Source: a virus
DNA length: 64,000 nt
IMG/VR virus record: IMGVR_UViG_3300028394_000042
Reading direction: 5' to 3' (one strand)
Below the pieces are notes generated by a model. It did no database searches, was not told the DNA's origin, and saw only the letters and a list, made by a program, of their open reading frames with translations. The position numbers and the translations under genes were made by a program. The number at the start of each line of letters is the position of its first letter. Position 1 is the first letter of the stretch. Of the stretch, positions 9,731-19,271 are shown piece after piece.

Positions 9731-9749
9731 CCTTGCCTCCAGTGTTTAT

Positions 9750-10064
9750 TTATAACTCAAACCAAAGAGAATCAGAGTCAGTAATTACAGTCATGCCCAT
9801 CACACCGTCACGTATATCAATTGGGTTCAGTTGCGTTTTGTTGACATACAGTTGCAACATACGAAGCATAGCTATTGGCATGTGCACAGTTGTTGCTTCT
9901 TCACCAGTTAATTTCCAGAACATTTTGACTGCATCTAGGAATAAACACCAAAAAACCCACTCGGGCTCGTCGTCGGCTGTTGCCGGGTTTTGAACTTTGT
10001 TGTACACCTTTTGCAACAAATACTGCAGTTCTTGCTCTACTTGTTTTGGCCGTTTTTTGCGCAT
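9750..10064 (-). CDS. hypothetical protein
   Basis: Start MRKKRP after AAAGG, just downstream of tRNA-Gln. Confidence 0.55.
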   Translation of the reverse strand: MRKKRPKQVEQELQYLLQKVYNKVQNPATADDEPEWVFWCLFLDAVKMFWKLTGEEATTVHMPIAMLRMLQLYVNKTQLNPIDIRDGVMGMTVITDSDSLWFEL

Positions 10065-10078
10065 AATTAACCTTTCAA

Positions 10079-10149
10079 CTACCCGACTAGGATTCGAACC
10101 TAGACTAAGGGAACCAAAATCCCTTGTGCGACCGTTACACCATCGGGTA
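10079..10149 (-). tRNA. tRNA-Gln(TTG)
   Basis: Acceptor TACCCGA/TCGGGTA, anticodon arm AGGGA-TTTTGGT-TCCCT, T-loop TTCGAAT; no encoded CCA. Confidence 0.93.
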
Positions 10150-10282
10150 CCGCGCACAGCATCCTGCTTATTACGACTTCCAGCACACGCAATTGGAGAA
10201 CACCGTCTTGGAAGCGCTACTGGCTATGTGGTTACAAACCCACTCACACCTTGGGTGTCAGGCTGCCGTAGTGAAAACAGCT

Positions 10283-10888
10283 TCAGCGCTTCGCGCTATC
10301 GGGTGCTGACACACCCGGTTGATTCACAAGAGCCACAAGTTCTTTTGCAATTGCAATTGTGGCAAGGTTATCGTTCTCGGCGTTGTGGGCTGTTCCCGTA
10401 TCAATGCCGAACACTTTCCGCAGATTGTCCAGACTGCAGCCGCCCGGCAGTTTATTTGCTGCAGCGAACAGCCGGGCTGAAGCACAGGTATCAAAAAAGT
10501 GATACGTGAAATACGTATCCCACTTGTCTGGCTTCATAACCCAGTGCTGCATAAACCGCATGTCGAAGGGCACGTTGTGGCCAGCTGGCGTCAATCTTCT
10601 GCAGCCAGTCGCAGCTGCGCCTTCTTTGACAAACGCCTCAAACAACTCCGCTGTTTCTTGAACTGAGAATCCGTGCTCGTTGTTGTGAGCCAAATCAATC
10701 TTGTTGACAGCCATTGCCCGCGGATGAGTCACGTAATTGAGATGCTTCACCGCTACGTACAACCCCGGGTCAAAATCATGCACGCGCACGATGTTGAAGT
10801 CCTTGTCCGTGACAATCGCAGAGAGCGTCAACAAACTGAAGTCAGGCGTAAGCCCGCCGGTTTCCGTATCAAAAAACAAGTACATCAT
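10283..10888 (-). CDS. DEDDh 3'-5' exonuclease (DnaQ-like)
   Basis: FFDTETGG, GHNVPFD, DT and HNAEND motifs. Confidence 0.92.
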   Translation of the reverse strand: MMYLFFDTETGGLTPDFSLLTLSAIVTDKDFNIVRVHDFDPGLYVAVKHLNYVTHPRAMAVNKIDLAHNNEHGFSVQETAELFEAFVKEGAAATGCRRLTPAGHNVPFDMRFMQHWVMKPDKWDTYFTYHFFDTCASARLFAAANKLPGGCSLDNLRKVFGIDTGTAHNAENDNLATIAIAKELVALVNQPGVSAPDSAKR

Positions 10889-10894
10889 GTACTC

Positions 10895-11215
10895 CTAGTT
10901 GTCGTCGAACCGTTTGAACGTAGAAGAGAAGATCGCGCGGCCGGCTGTGCTGCGTTGCCGGCTTACGTGATGCGTATATATCGCAGGCGGCGACCACCGA
11001 CAGATGTGCGTAACTTGCCGCATCCGACGTTGAGTTTTTGACCACGTTGCCTGCACAGCCGCTTTGCGCCGCGCTATGTAATCATCTACAGCCGACGGCG
11101 CGTCGTCCGGCGGAGGTGCCCCTCTTTTGCTGCCAGAATCAAAACATAACCAGCGATCTGCCGCGCGTTCTTCGTCAGACTCGGGCTCACAAGCGTCGTA
11201 CACTGTCTGGTTCAT
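10895..11215 (-). CDS. hypothetical protein
   Basis: ORF coupled to neighbours. Confidence 0.45.
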   Translation of the reverse strand: MNQTVYDACEPESDEERAADRWLCFDSGSKRGAPPPDDAPSAVDDYIARRKAAVQATWSKTQRRMRQVTHICRWSPPAIYTHHVSRQRSTAGRAIFSSTFKRFDDN

Positions 11216-11493
11216 AGTTCTGCGCCCATGCTTCTGTCGTGAAAGCTCACAAACTCCCCGCCGTCCTTAGTGAACAGCAACCCGGGTTCGCCGCCGCCAT
11301 TCTGCTCAGCTGCCCTGCGCGCCCACTTGGAGAGCAACGCGTACAGCCGGTTACCGCGCTTGTCACCAAACTTAAGGCACAATAGCGCCTTCACTGTCAG
11401 GTATTCTTCAAAGCCTTCGATGTTGCACGCCCCTGATTCTTCGCTGTCGTTTTCACTCAGAAAGCTGCCAAAATCAAAATTGTTCGCTGCCAT
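11212..11493 (-). CDS. hypothetical protein
   Basis: ORF coupled to downstream gene by ATGA overlap. Confidence 0.55.
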   Translation of the reverse strand: MAANNFDFGSFLSENDSEESGACNIEGFEEYLTVKALLCLKFGDKRGNRLYALLSKWARRAAEQNGGGEPGLLFTKDGGEFVSFHDRSMGAEL

Positions 11494-11507
11494 TGGTTTC
11501 ACAGTTG

Positions 11508-12515
11508 TTAGGGTAATAATTGTTCGTCAACTAGACATAGCGCAATTACGCAGTCGGGCAGCGGGAATATGTACGAACCAGCCAGCGTTTCATGCCGCGG
11601 CTGGTCTATGCGCATGACTACAACATTTCTGCCGTTGATCTTTTTGTACAACGTCGCGGTATGGCTGTAAGTCCCGTATGCGCCGAGATGCGAAGTTACT
11701 AGCACCGAATAATTAGGGATGCGGTTGATCTTAAACAAAGCCGGGCAAGCAAGAGCAGGCGCTACGTAGACTTGCTGCTCAACCGGTTTTGAAAAACTGC
11801 CGCACGCTGAGCGCATGCCCGGATTGCGCGACATAAAATGCATGTGTGCCAACAACGCCGGGCTGATATGCGCGTAGTCGTCAGCCGCGTGGGTCAGCAC
11901 AATTTCCGGGCTGGTTGCAACCACCTGAAACGTTTCGCCTGTTTCCAAGAGCACAGAAACATGCGTGTCAGTTTGCGAAAACACTATTGCGCGTTGTTCT
12001 GGCATACAGCGGCCGTTCAACCCTAGGCCGCGATATCGGCCCAGATTACCGCCTAGAACAGTTGGCCCGCTTACGTGATCCAGCACAGCTGGCGTAAACA
12101 CACGCAAAAGCGCAGACTCGCTGTAGATCGGCGGGTATTCCGCGGCTGGTTTCGGCAGGCTCACGGCTTCGCATGTCTCAACAATCAGCGCGTCCATAAG
12201 CTCGGCTGTTGCGGCGGCTGGTTCGGCTGCCAACATTTCCACAAACAGCTCCAATGCTTTGATTGCGGCAGCAGCGTCTGTTTGATCAGCCAGCTTGCTC
12301 GTGAACGAGAAATCAATACTGTCCAGTTCACACTCTAATGCGTCTGCGACAAAAGTCAACATTTCAAACAGCTTGCCGCCGCTTATTTGGCTAAAAATAC
12401 GCATTACGTCCAGCAGCGCCGCAGTTGCCCGTAAAGCCTCGCTGTCGCTGCTACTCTTGCGCAGGCTTGCTAGCAAAGTTGCTAGCGCAGTCGCTGCCTT
12501 CGTTTGCTCCATCAT
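11508..12515 (-). CDS. hypothetical protein (start uncertain)
   Basis: Long ORF; no motif recognised. Confidence 0.55.
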   Translation of the reverse strand: MMEQTKAATALATLLASLRKSSSDSEALRATAALLDVMRIFSQISGGKLFEMLTFVADALECELDSIDFSFTSKLADQTDAAAAIKALELFVEMLAAEPAAATAELMDALIVETCEAVSLPKPAAEYPPIYSESALLRVFTPAVLDHVSGPTVLGGNLGRYRGLGLNGRCMPEQRAIVFSQTDTHVSVLLETGETFQVVATSPEIVLTHAADDYAHISPALLAHMHFMSRNPGMRSACGSFSKPVEQQVYVAPALACPALFKINRIPNYSVLVTSHLGAYGTYSHTATLYKKINGRNVVVMRIDQPRHETLAGSYIFPLPDCVIALCLVDEQLLP

Positions 12516-13632
12516 GAGTGGTTGCCCCGCTGAATACGTCATCGCATGTTTTCCGTAGGTTATAGACGTTGCCCCGATATGGGCCCGGCAGCACACAAAC
12601 CGCGCCGCCATGAGCTTTGATGTCGTCAATTACGCTGACTGATGGGCTAGAGTCAATTGCAATCACAGTGAACGCTGTCGCTGGTTGCTGCTGCGCTAGC
12701 AACGCCGTCCGCAAGAGGCGCCAGCTTCGCTCAAGCACGTCGCCGGTCGTAATAAGCACGCCGCCTGCGCGTAATTCCTGCACCTGTTCGGTAAAGATAA
12801 GAAAATCCACGTACGTGGCCGCGCCTATAGCCGCGCCCAATTCAGCGCCGCGCGCTGCCGGAAACAAGTGTTGCGGCAACTCGCCTATCTCCACATGAAC
12901 AGTAGCCGGTATGCCAAGCTGGTGCGCCACGTACAGCGCGCTGTTGCGCCTTCGGCCGCTGGGCTCCATACCCCAGCGACCAATAGCCTCGCCGTAGCCG
13001 ACGCCGTGCTTTGCCGCCAGCTGCGCCACATAGTTCAGATCTACCGGAAAAGACTGGTAGGCCATGCGCACGTCACGGGCCATACCAGCGCCGGTCGTGG
13101 CCAACGCTGTGACGTATTTCTTCTCCAGTAGCTCTACCGCAAGAATACCCACGCCCGCAGCAATAGCGTCGGGCCCGGCAAAAAGCATGACAGGCCGAGC
13201 CGCGCCACGACTGGCATGAATAGCGCGGGCGGCTTGCACATGTTCTGGCGTAGCAGCCGTAACGCTTTTGTGGTGCGCGGACGCCGGAGCCATAGCGGGC
13301 ATTGTGGTTACAGCGTTTTGCACAGTAGAGAACGCCGTAAACGACGTTGCCAGCGTAAGCGGCAAATCCAGCGCGCCGGGGTTGTCATGCACGTCCAAAC
13401 CGCCGTCTAACATAGCCCCATTGCCCCACATAAGCCAGTCCATTCTGACCCGCGTGCGCGTAACTATCTGCGCAAGGAACAACACCGACACCGAAGCGCG
13501 ACTCGCCATAATCGTCCGTATGTGCGACACTTCCATCTCTACAGCAGTGGCAAACTGAGCAGGACTACCCCCAAACAAATGGTTGCAGACAGCGGTTATG
13601 CGAGCTCGTAAAGCTATAAGCTCATAGGTCAT
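12451..13632 (-). CDS. CI/XRE-like HTH fused to a deoxyhypusine-synthase-like (DHS-like NAD-binding) domain
   Basis: N-terminal HTH ending MDWLMWGNG; C-terminal RPVMLFAG..., ATTGAG, GVGYGEAIGR, GIPATVHVEIG, DFLIF...GGVL. Confidence 0.6.
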   Translation of the reverse strand: MTYELIALRARITAVCNHLFGGSPAQFATAVEMEVSHIRTIMASRASVSVLFLAQIVTRTRVRMDWLMWGNGAMLDGGLDVHDNPGALDLPLTLATSFTAFSTVQNAVTTMPAMAPASAHHKSVTAATPEHVQAARAIHASRGAARPVMLFAGPDAIAAGVGILAVELLEKKYVTALATTGAGMARDVRMAYQSFPVDLNYVAQLAAKHGVGYGEAIGRWGMEPSGRRRNSALYVAHQLGIPATVHVEIGELPQHLFPAARGAELGAAIGAATYVDFLIFTEQVQELRAGGVLITTGDVLERSWRLLRTALLAQQQPATAFTVIAIDSSPSVSVIDDIKAHGGAVCVLPGPYRGNVYNLRKTCDDVFSGATTHDGANEGSDCASNFASKPAQE

Positions 13633-14680
13633 TTTCCGCGGCGCCCCGGCTCGCTTGCAGCTCTTTCTTTCTGGCTCTGGCATCTGCGTCCTTCTGTCTG
13701 TAATAGGGAATCAGCCGGCGCCCTGTTTTCTTGAATAACCCTGTGCCACTAGATAACCGAGTGCCCGCAGTGCTGACAAGGTATGCGGCTGTAAACTCTA
13801 CGTAACCTGTCAGCAGCGACCGCGGGTACTGAGAAAATGCGCCAAAGATATCAAAAAACTTTGCGCCGTCTGGAGTGCAGCACGCCACCACCGGCGCTGA
13901 CTTAGCGTACAGCACCTTGCCATTACGCAGCTTCACCCTAGGCCATGACTTGTTGGACTGCTGCAACACAAACTGCCGAGTCTCTACCCGCCAACCGGCA
14001 GCCAGCGGCACAACAACAATATGCGCCATTGACCCAAGAGTCCGCCGCTGCAGTTGTTTCGCTACCTGTTGATACGCTGTTTTATGCGCAGCAATTTCAG
14101 CTTGCATGAGCTTTATGTACTCACTGATCTGGTCGTCTTCACAGCCGTGCAACGGATGAAAAGCCGGCGCCAGAAAATCACGACCCACGATACGGCAGGC
14201 CACCACACATTTGGTGCGCGGAGCTTTCTTTACCAACTCTCGCATTGTTGACTTAACGTACCGATAGTTCACCGCTGCTACACGCGCAGCGCAAAACGGA
14301 CAGATCTGCGATTTGTGGCACGGCCGAAACGTAGCTGTGGTTTTGCGCCGCCACGCAAAATACAAATACGCCGGGCGACAAAACAAGCAGCGCCGGTATG
14401 TCAGCTCAAACTTACGCAAGTCAAAGTCTGGATGATGCGGATCCGGTTTCTGGCTGCCCGGAAACCACAATCTGCGAGACACCAACTCAAGCAGCCGCTG
14501 CGCCCACAACTCCCGCAACGTGTTCGTCGCTGTTCGAATCTTGTTGTGTGTCTTTTTATATTCAGCGCCTAATACAAAGTGCTGCGCAAAAGTGTGTCTG
14601 ACCCGCCGCCCTACTCGGGCAACGCGCCATGGCACAAGCTTGTACCGCCGCATGTGCGCGTTGAAATCAAAGTAGGGCAC
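13622..14680 (-). CDS. basic hypothetical protein with Cys cluster (C..C...C....CPFC)
   Basis: 352-aa ORF; RRCLFC and CHKSQICPFCAAR. Confidence 0.55.
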   Translation of the reverse strand: MPYFDFNAHMRRYKLVPWRVARVGRRVRHTFAQHFVLGAEYKKTHNKIRTATNTLRELWAQRLLELVSRRLWFPGSQKPDPHHPDFDLRKFELTYRRCLFCRPAYLYFAWRRKTTATFRPCHKSQICPFCAARVAAVNYRYVKSTMRELVKKAPRTKCVVACRIVGRDFLAPAFHPLHGCEDDQISEYIKLMQAEIAAHKTAYQQVAKQLQRRTLGSMAHIVVVPLAAGWRVETRQFVLQQSNKSWPRVKLRNGKVLYAKSAPVVACCTPDGAKFFDIFGAFSQYPRSLLTGYVEFTAAYLVSTAGTRLSSGTGLFKKTGRRLIPYYRQKDADARARKKELQASRGAAENDL

Positions 14681-14684
14681 GCAA

Positions 14685-15572
14685 TTAACCTTCTTCTATC
14701 AGAGTTTGCAAGTCATCGGCTTCTTGGGTGTAATGCAACTCACGCAACAAACGCACCGCCGGCTCTACAATTTCTTTACGCAACCGCAGCGTTTCTGTTT
14801 TCAACCGCGTAAGCTCGGCATACGCAGTCGCCCTATCCTCGGCGAGCTGCGTTATTCTCTCATTGAGCACATCAATCTCTTCTCGCAACGGATCTGCAAA
14901 TGCCGGCTGTGGCCGCGGCGTTGGCGTAGGCAATTCAAACGAATCGCATAATTTCTTGAGCCGTTGAACTAACATTTCGCCAACGCTCACTTGCGCCTGC
15001 CGGTTGCGACGAAAACGACCCACTTCAACATCTTCCTGCGTAACAGCAAAGCCAATAGTGTCATTCACAGGCCGCCAGTCGCCCCATTCTTGTTTACATT
15101 GATCACCAGCTTGAACTACTTCATTTATCTGTAACGGTCGCCATTTCAACCCCCGCCATTCGCACGTTTCGGGCGATGACTTAACCGCTGCCGGCTTTTC
15201 AACTGACGTAGGTTCTGTAACCCGGCGGCGGTAAAAACAGTGATTGAGTTTAGTCAGCAATTGCCCTTCCTGAGCTGGGCGCCAATCTTCGCGAAAATCG
15301 TCCCAGTAGTCGTCGTTAATTGTGGTGTATTCGCCTGCAGTCATAGCCCGCCAACCGGGACTGATCGCCGGCAAAGTTTCTTTTGCCGGTTCAGCTGGCT
15401 CAACACGACGCCGATAGCACTCACGCCACGCAGGTGCTACACCCCCGCCCGCTTCATACGATTTTATAGGGATAGCGTCATCGCCAAGCATAAACTGATC
15501 GCCGACGTTGATTTGTTCGCCCACCGCTAGCCAGCGCCAGCCGGCTTCACAGGCTGATTCTTTTGACGCCAT
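14685..15572 (-). CDS. repeat-module protein (3 W.L..GE...GD...YRRRV modules) plus coiled coil
   Basis: Internal repeats visible in translation. Confidence 0.7.
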   Translation of the reverse strand: MASKESACEAGWRWLAVGEQINVGDQFMLGDDAIPIKSYEAGGGVAPAWRECYRRRVEPAEPAKETLPAISPGWRAMTAGEYTTINDDYWDDFREDWRPAQEGQLLTKLNHCFYRRRVTEPTSVEKPAAVKSSPETCEWRGLKWRPLQINEVVQAGDQCKQEWGDWRPVNDTIGFAVTQEDVEVGRFRRNRQAQVSVGEMLVQRLKKLCDSFELPTPTPRPQPAFADPLREEIDVLNERITQLAEDRATAYAELTRLKTETLRLRKEIVEPAVRLLRELHYTQEADDLQTLIEEG

Positions 15573-15577
15573 TCTGT

Positions 15578-15754
15578 TTACCCTTTCGTGGATTCTTTGG
15601 CCGGGCACCCAATGCAGTGCTTACAGGCCGGACAAATGATGTGCTTGTAGTTAGGTTGGCCGGGCAGGACGATCCCGCTAAACGTTGCTTCTTCTACGCC
15701 GTCGTCACTAAACTCTGTGTTGCAGTGCGGGCATTTATATGTGTCAATTTTCAT
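15578..15754 (-). CDS. small zinc-ribbon protein
   Basis: CPHC...CPAC. Confidence 0.5.
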   Translation of the reverse strand: MKIDTYKCPHCNTEFSDDGVEEATFSGIVLPGQPNYKHIICPACKHCIGCPAKESTKG

Positions 15755-16047
15755 GGCGCCGTTCTCCAGTTGCATAAATCGCTCAGCTGTAGCCTGATGC
15801 CGTAGCCAGTCTCTGCCGTTAAGTCTTCAGTCAGGCCAACGTCGCCAAGCCGAGACACCATTACAAGTTTCACTGTTTGCCCGGCCGGCATTTCTATATC
15901 AACGTCTTTGTTGTCCCGTCGATGCCGCATGGTGACAGCACGTTTAAGTGTGGCAAATTTGTATGGCCACGTTTCAGGCTTGTGCGGCATCCAACCAAAA
16001 TCTGTGGGATACTGCGTTTTTGTCTCGTCTAATTGTTGTACGCTCAC
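15751..16047 (-). CDS. phage hypothetical protein
   Basis: ORF coupled to neighbours; VMVSRLGDVGLTEDL motif. Confidence 0.55.
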   Translation of the reverse strand: MSVQQLDETKTQYPTDFGWMPHKPETWPYKFATLKRAVTMRHRRDNKDVDIEMPAGQTVKLVMVSRLGDVGLTEDLTAETGYGIRLQLSDLCNWRTAP

Positions 16048-16195
16048 TCCGCATCTCCCAGTTCTGCTGCCGCTTGTTCAAGCCAGTCGGAAAAAGACAG
16101 AATTACTACAGGCAATGCGCCGGTGAGTACTGCGATAATCCAACACAAACCTGCCGCCGCATAAAGGATGGCAGAAACAACCCTGCAAAAATTAA

Positions 16196-16708
16196 TCATT
16201 TTCCACCTTCCTGCCGCTTGATGATTGCCGCAACTGGCAAGTGGTAGCAGTCAGGCACAGATGGTGATTCGGAAATCTCCTCAAGCAACTGCCGCTCTTC
16301 CTTCGTCAGCCGCAGCCGCTCCACCGCGCTGCGGAGCGTCATAATCTTTCCCGCCGCAAGTCGGGCTGACTCGCAACAGGCTTTCCAATCGTCGGCCTTC
16401 TCGGTTCGCAGCCGCTCCACCTCTGCAACGAGCAAATCAACAATTTCCTCGATTGGTGGAACGCCGTATGAATCGCCTTCAACCTGCATTTCTGACAAAA
16501 CTTTACGTGCCCTTTCACGCACAGCCGTGTCTGTTTCCGCCCAGTCTGAATTGCTCAGTTTTTGAACTTTATTCAACAGCACCACTTCGCCGCGGAGTTT
16601 TTTGATTTCTGCTATTGCCTCTTCTGCTATGTCGTAGCCATCCCACGAGTCATCAGCTGGATTGCGTTCTGTATCCAGCGCATCCAACTTTTTCAGAATG
16701 TCACTCAT
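16196..16708 (-). CDS. coiled-coil hypothetical protein (EVERLR repeats)
   Basis: ORF; shares the EVERLR motif with 16918-18102. Confidence 0.6.
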   Translation of the reverse strand: MSDILKKLDALDTERNPADDSWDGYDIAEEAIAEIKKLRGEVVLLNKVQKLSNSDWAETDTAVRERARKVLSEMQVEGDSYGVPPIEEIVDLLVAEVERLRTEKADDWKACCESARLAAGKIMTLRSAVERLRLTKEERQLLEEISESPSVPDCYHLPVAAIIKRQEGGK

Positions 16709-16917
16709 GCTCACCTTTTTTAGATGCTAACAATTTTGTTTTAAATGCTTGCAAATCTTTTAACCATTTGCTGTAAGCACAATTTTTGGGCGGAGTCTCA
16801 CCACTTTGCGCATCGTATATGTGCGTATCGATTGCTTCTGTAATTAGTGCTTCAGCGCGTTCTAGCATGGAAAAAATTTTAAAGCTAGTACTGCTAGTAA
16901 TTTTTGACGTTGTGGTT

Positions 16918-18102
16918 TTACTCACTCCACACCTCCACACCTCCATGCCTTGCGAGCAACAGCAACAGCCTCTGCCGTTCGGAATGTAGGCTGATTAACT
17001 CCAGCCGCAGCCGCTCCACCTCTGCCTTAAGATTAGCATTTTCAAACCGTAGATCATCGTATGTATGGAGCCTTGCTACAGAGGCTTTTCCATCAGTCAC
17101 TACAAGGTTGGCGTATTCCTCGTCCGATATCAAATCGGCCTCATACAACTCTCCTCGTTGATGCCTTACCAAATCTCGCAGCCGCTCCACCTCGCTACGG
17201 AGTTCCTCAATCTCTTCGTGCTGTCGCCATGCGTCACTAAGCAAGGCGTCGATGTAGTCCACCAAATTTGTGTTCTTCGCCTCCGCTAGCCCTGTTCGCA
17301 GGTTTGCCAGCCCCGCCCGCAGGGCCGCCTCGCTTTTCTTCAGCCGCTCCACCTCGCTGCGGAGGCGTTTGACCTCTTCCTGTTCGGCAGCCAAAGCCTC
17401 ATTTACGGCTTGCCAATTTGCCGCCGCGATCAATGCGTCACGACTGGCACTCGCCCGCGTCTCCGCTGGCCGTGACTGCGGTGCCGGTGGCACCACGGGC
17501 GTCACGCGGCGGCGGTAGCGGTTTGGCGAGAGCGCCCCAACTTGACGACCAATTGACGCAGTGGCGAGCCAAGTGTCCTCAATAATCACCTCATCGCCAT
17601 CGCGGAGAATGTCATCCGGCCCAAGTTCCTCCCACCCCTCGCCAACGTCTGGCTTATCCCCGTCGATTTCGACGGGTTTGGCTGGCTCTTGTCGCTCCCC
17701 GCGACACGTCGCCGCGTCGTGTCGCTCCTTCTCGATTTGTTCGACACATCGGACAACGTCCGCAGCAAGCGCGAAAGCGAAATTAACGCCGGAGGGTTTT
17801 GGCGGTTGTTCCGCAGGAATGGCGACAGGTGCGGCGTAGAGCGGAAAAACGCGGCATTCCTCGCCCCAATGAGTTGCCCTGTCGCATGCGACTGATTGCA
17901 AAACATACAATCCCTCAATCCCGCGCCCGCTCTCCACGGCCCACGCCACCGGCGTCGGCGTTGTCTCAACCGCAGCCTCACGCGGTCGGATATGCGGCGG
18001 CGAGTCTTGCGGCTTCGGCAGCGTTTTCAAATCGTCAAGTCTTTCACGCAGTCTAGCAACTTCCATTTTCAAGCTGTCGAGCGCTGCTTGCTCTGGTGTC
18101 AT
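16918..18102 (-). CDS. mosaic protein with one YRRRV module and EVERLR coiled-coil repeats
   Basis: Translation; 45-nt near-identical match to 20718-20762. Confidence 0.65.
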   Translation of the reverse strand: MTPEQAALDSLKMEVARLRERLDDLKTLPKPQDSPPHIRPREAAVETTPTPVAWAVESGRGIEGLYVLQSVACDRATHWGEECRVFPLYAAPVAIPAEQPPKPSGVNFAFALAADVVRCVEQIEKERHDAATCRGERQEPAKPVEIDGDKPDVGEGWEELGPDDILRDGDEVIIEDTWLATASIGRQVGALSPNRYRRRVTPVVPPAPQSRPAETRASASRDALIAAANWQAVNEALAAEQEEVKRLRSEVERLKKSEAALRAGLANLRTGLAEAKNTNLVDYIDALLSDAWRQHEEIEELRSEVERLRDLVRHQRGELYEADLISDEEYANLVVTDGKASVARLHTYDDLRFENANLKAEVERLRLELISLHSERQRLLLLLARHGGVEVWSE

Positions 18103-18407
18103 TTTGTTTCCTTTACAAAAATGCCGTCCTCAGTCAATGTGCCTTTCCGGTCTTTGATCTCGTCATACGCGCCGGCCAAACAATCTGTAATGTTTGTGCC
18201 GTACAACTTGCAATACAGAATTAGCGTTACCAGCACATCGCCCACGCCGTCCTTCACGCCAGACATATCGCCCTTAAGCGTGGCGTCGGCTAACTCGCCT
18301 AATTCCGACATAGTCTTCATTAACTGCGCTGTTGGGTTGCTGTTGGGGATAATCTTCCTGTCTCTGGCCCACTGCACCACGTCTTGCTCTAACGTCTCAA
18401 AAGTCAT
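18099..18407 (-). CDS. MazG-like nucleotide pyrophosphohydrolase
   Basis: WARDR, QLMKTMSELGEL, DGVGDVLVTL, AYDEIKDRKG...GIFVKE. Confidence 0.9.
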   Translation of the reverse strand: MTFETLEQDVVQWARDRKIIPNSNPTAQLMKTMSELGELADATLKGDMSGVKDGVGDVLVTLILYCKLYGTNITDCLAGAYDEIKDRKGTLTEDGIFVKETK

Positions 18408-18838
18408 TTGGATTTAGCCTTTTGTTTAGGTTGCACGGGAATTAATTCATTGGTTTTCACAGGCCCCATATTTCTGGTCCACGCGGCAGCCGCTAAACTT
18501 AACGTGCGCACTTTGTCTTTTTCTGTTCGGTTGGCTGCTGGCAAGCTAATACGCCAATAATATGCCGCTTCGCCATTTATCAAACCAGCGCAGTTTTCAA
18601 TCTCCACGGCAAAATAACCGCAATATTTAACCATTAACGCGGTAGTAATAGGCGACAAAAAACTTACATAAAAACCGTTGGGGTGCCCTTCGCAGCTGTA
18701 ATGCGTAACCGCACCAAGCTTTTCTAGCTGCAACACAAAATAGTTCACGCCGGGATCAATAATGCCAGTGTACGTACCACACGGCGAAGATCTTTCAAGC
18801 CGCAGTTGCTTAGCTTGTTTCCAAGTTTTGACGACCAT
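18404..18838 (-). CDS. hypothetical protein with ID...T..SCEGH motif (Tyw3-like N-terminus)
   Basis: IDPGV...GAVTHYSCEGHP. Confidence 0.5.
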   Translation of the reverse strand: MVVKTWKQAKQLRLERSSPCGTYTGIIDPGVNYFVLQLEKLGAVTHYSCEGHPNGFYVSFLSPITTALMVKYCGYFAVEIENCAGLINGEAAYYWRISLPAANRTEKDKVRTLSLAAAAWTRNMGPVKTNELIPVQPKQKAKSK

Positions 18839-19247
18839 GCTCAATTCTTTCTTTCACAAGGGCGATTGCGACTTCAATATCGTCAATGTCGACAAACGGG
18901 ATCTTCTCCTGCAGGTGTGCCCATTTCGTCTCGCCCACGCCAGATACGTTGATCTCGCCGGGGCGCTGGTCTTTGAACTCTTCCAGCCGCGCAATAACCG
19001 CGGCTTCTTCTTTGGTCTTGAACACCAACGCTCTGTTATCTTTATCGGCAAACAGGTGCGTGCCAGACTCGTCGCAGATCACCCACCGCACAGGTTGCTC
19101 GCCCATGTCGATGTGCCGTGCGCTGCCAATGCCTCGAAGCCCAGTAGGCGCTCCGGGCATGCAGCACCGCTTGAACTTGTCGCCGCTGCCGCAGCCGCAC
19201 TTGTCGTTCCGCCGCAAAATAGAACCGTCATAACCTGTGTGGGCCAT
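18810..19247 (-). CDS. SEC-C metal-binding motif protein
   Basis: RNDKCGCGSGDKFKRCC. Confidence 0.85.
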   Translation of the reverse strand: MAHTGYDGSILRRNDKCGCGSGDKFKRCCMPGAPTGLRGIGSARHIDMGEQPVRWVICDESGTHLFADKDNRALVFKTKEEAAVIARLEEFKDQRPGEINVSGVGETKWAHLQEKIPFVDIDDIEVAIALVKERIEHGRQNLETS

Positions 19248-19271
19248 AAAACATCCTTGTGAAGTTGAAAC

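Noticed and set aside
10065-10157. N-terminal extension of ORF 9750-10157
   Set aside because: It is the tRNA-Gln gene read as codons.
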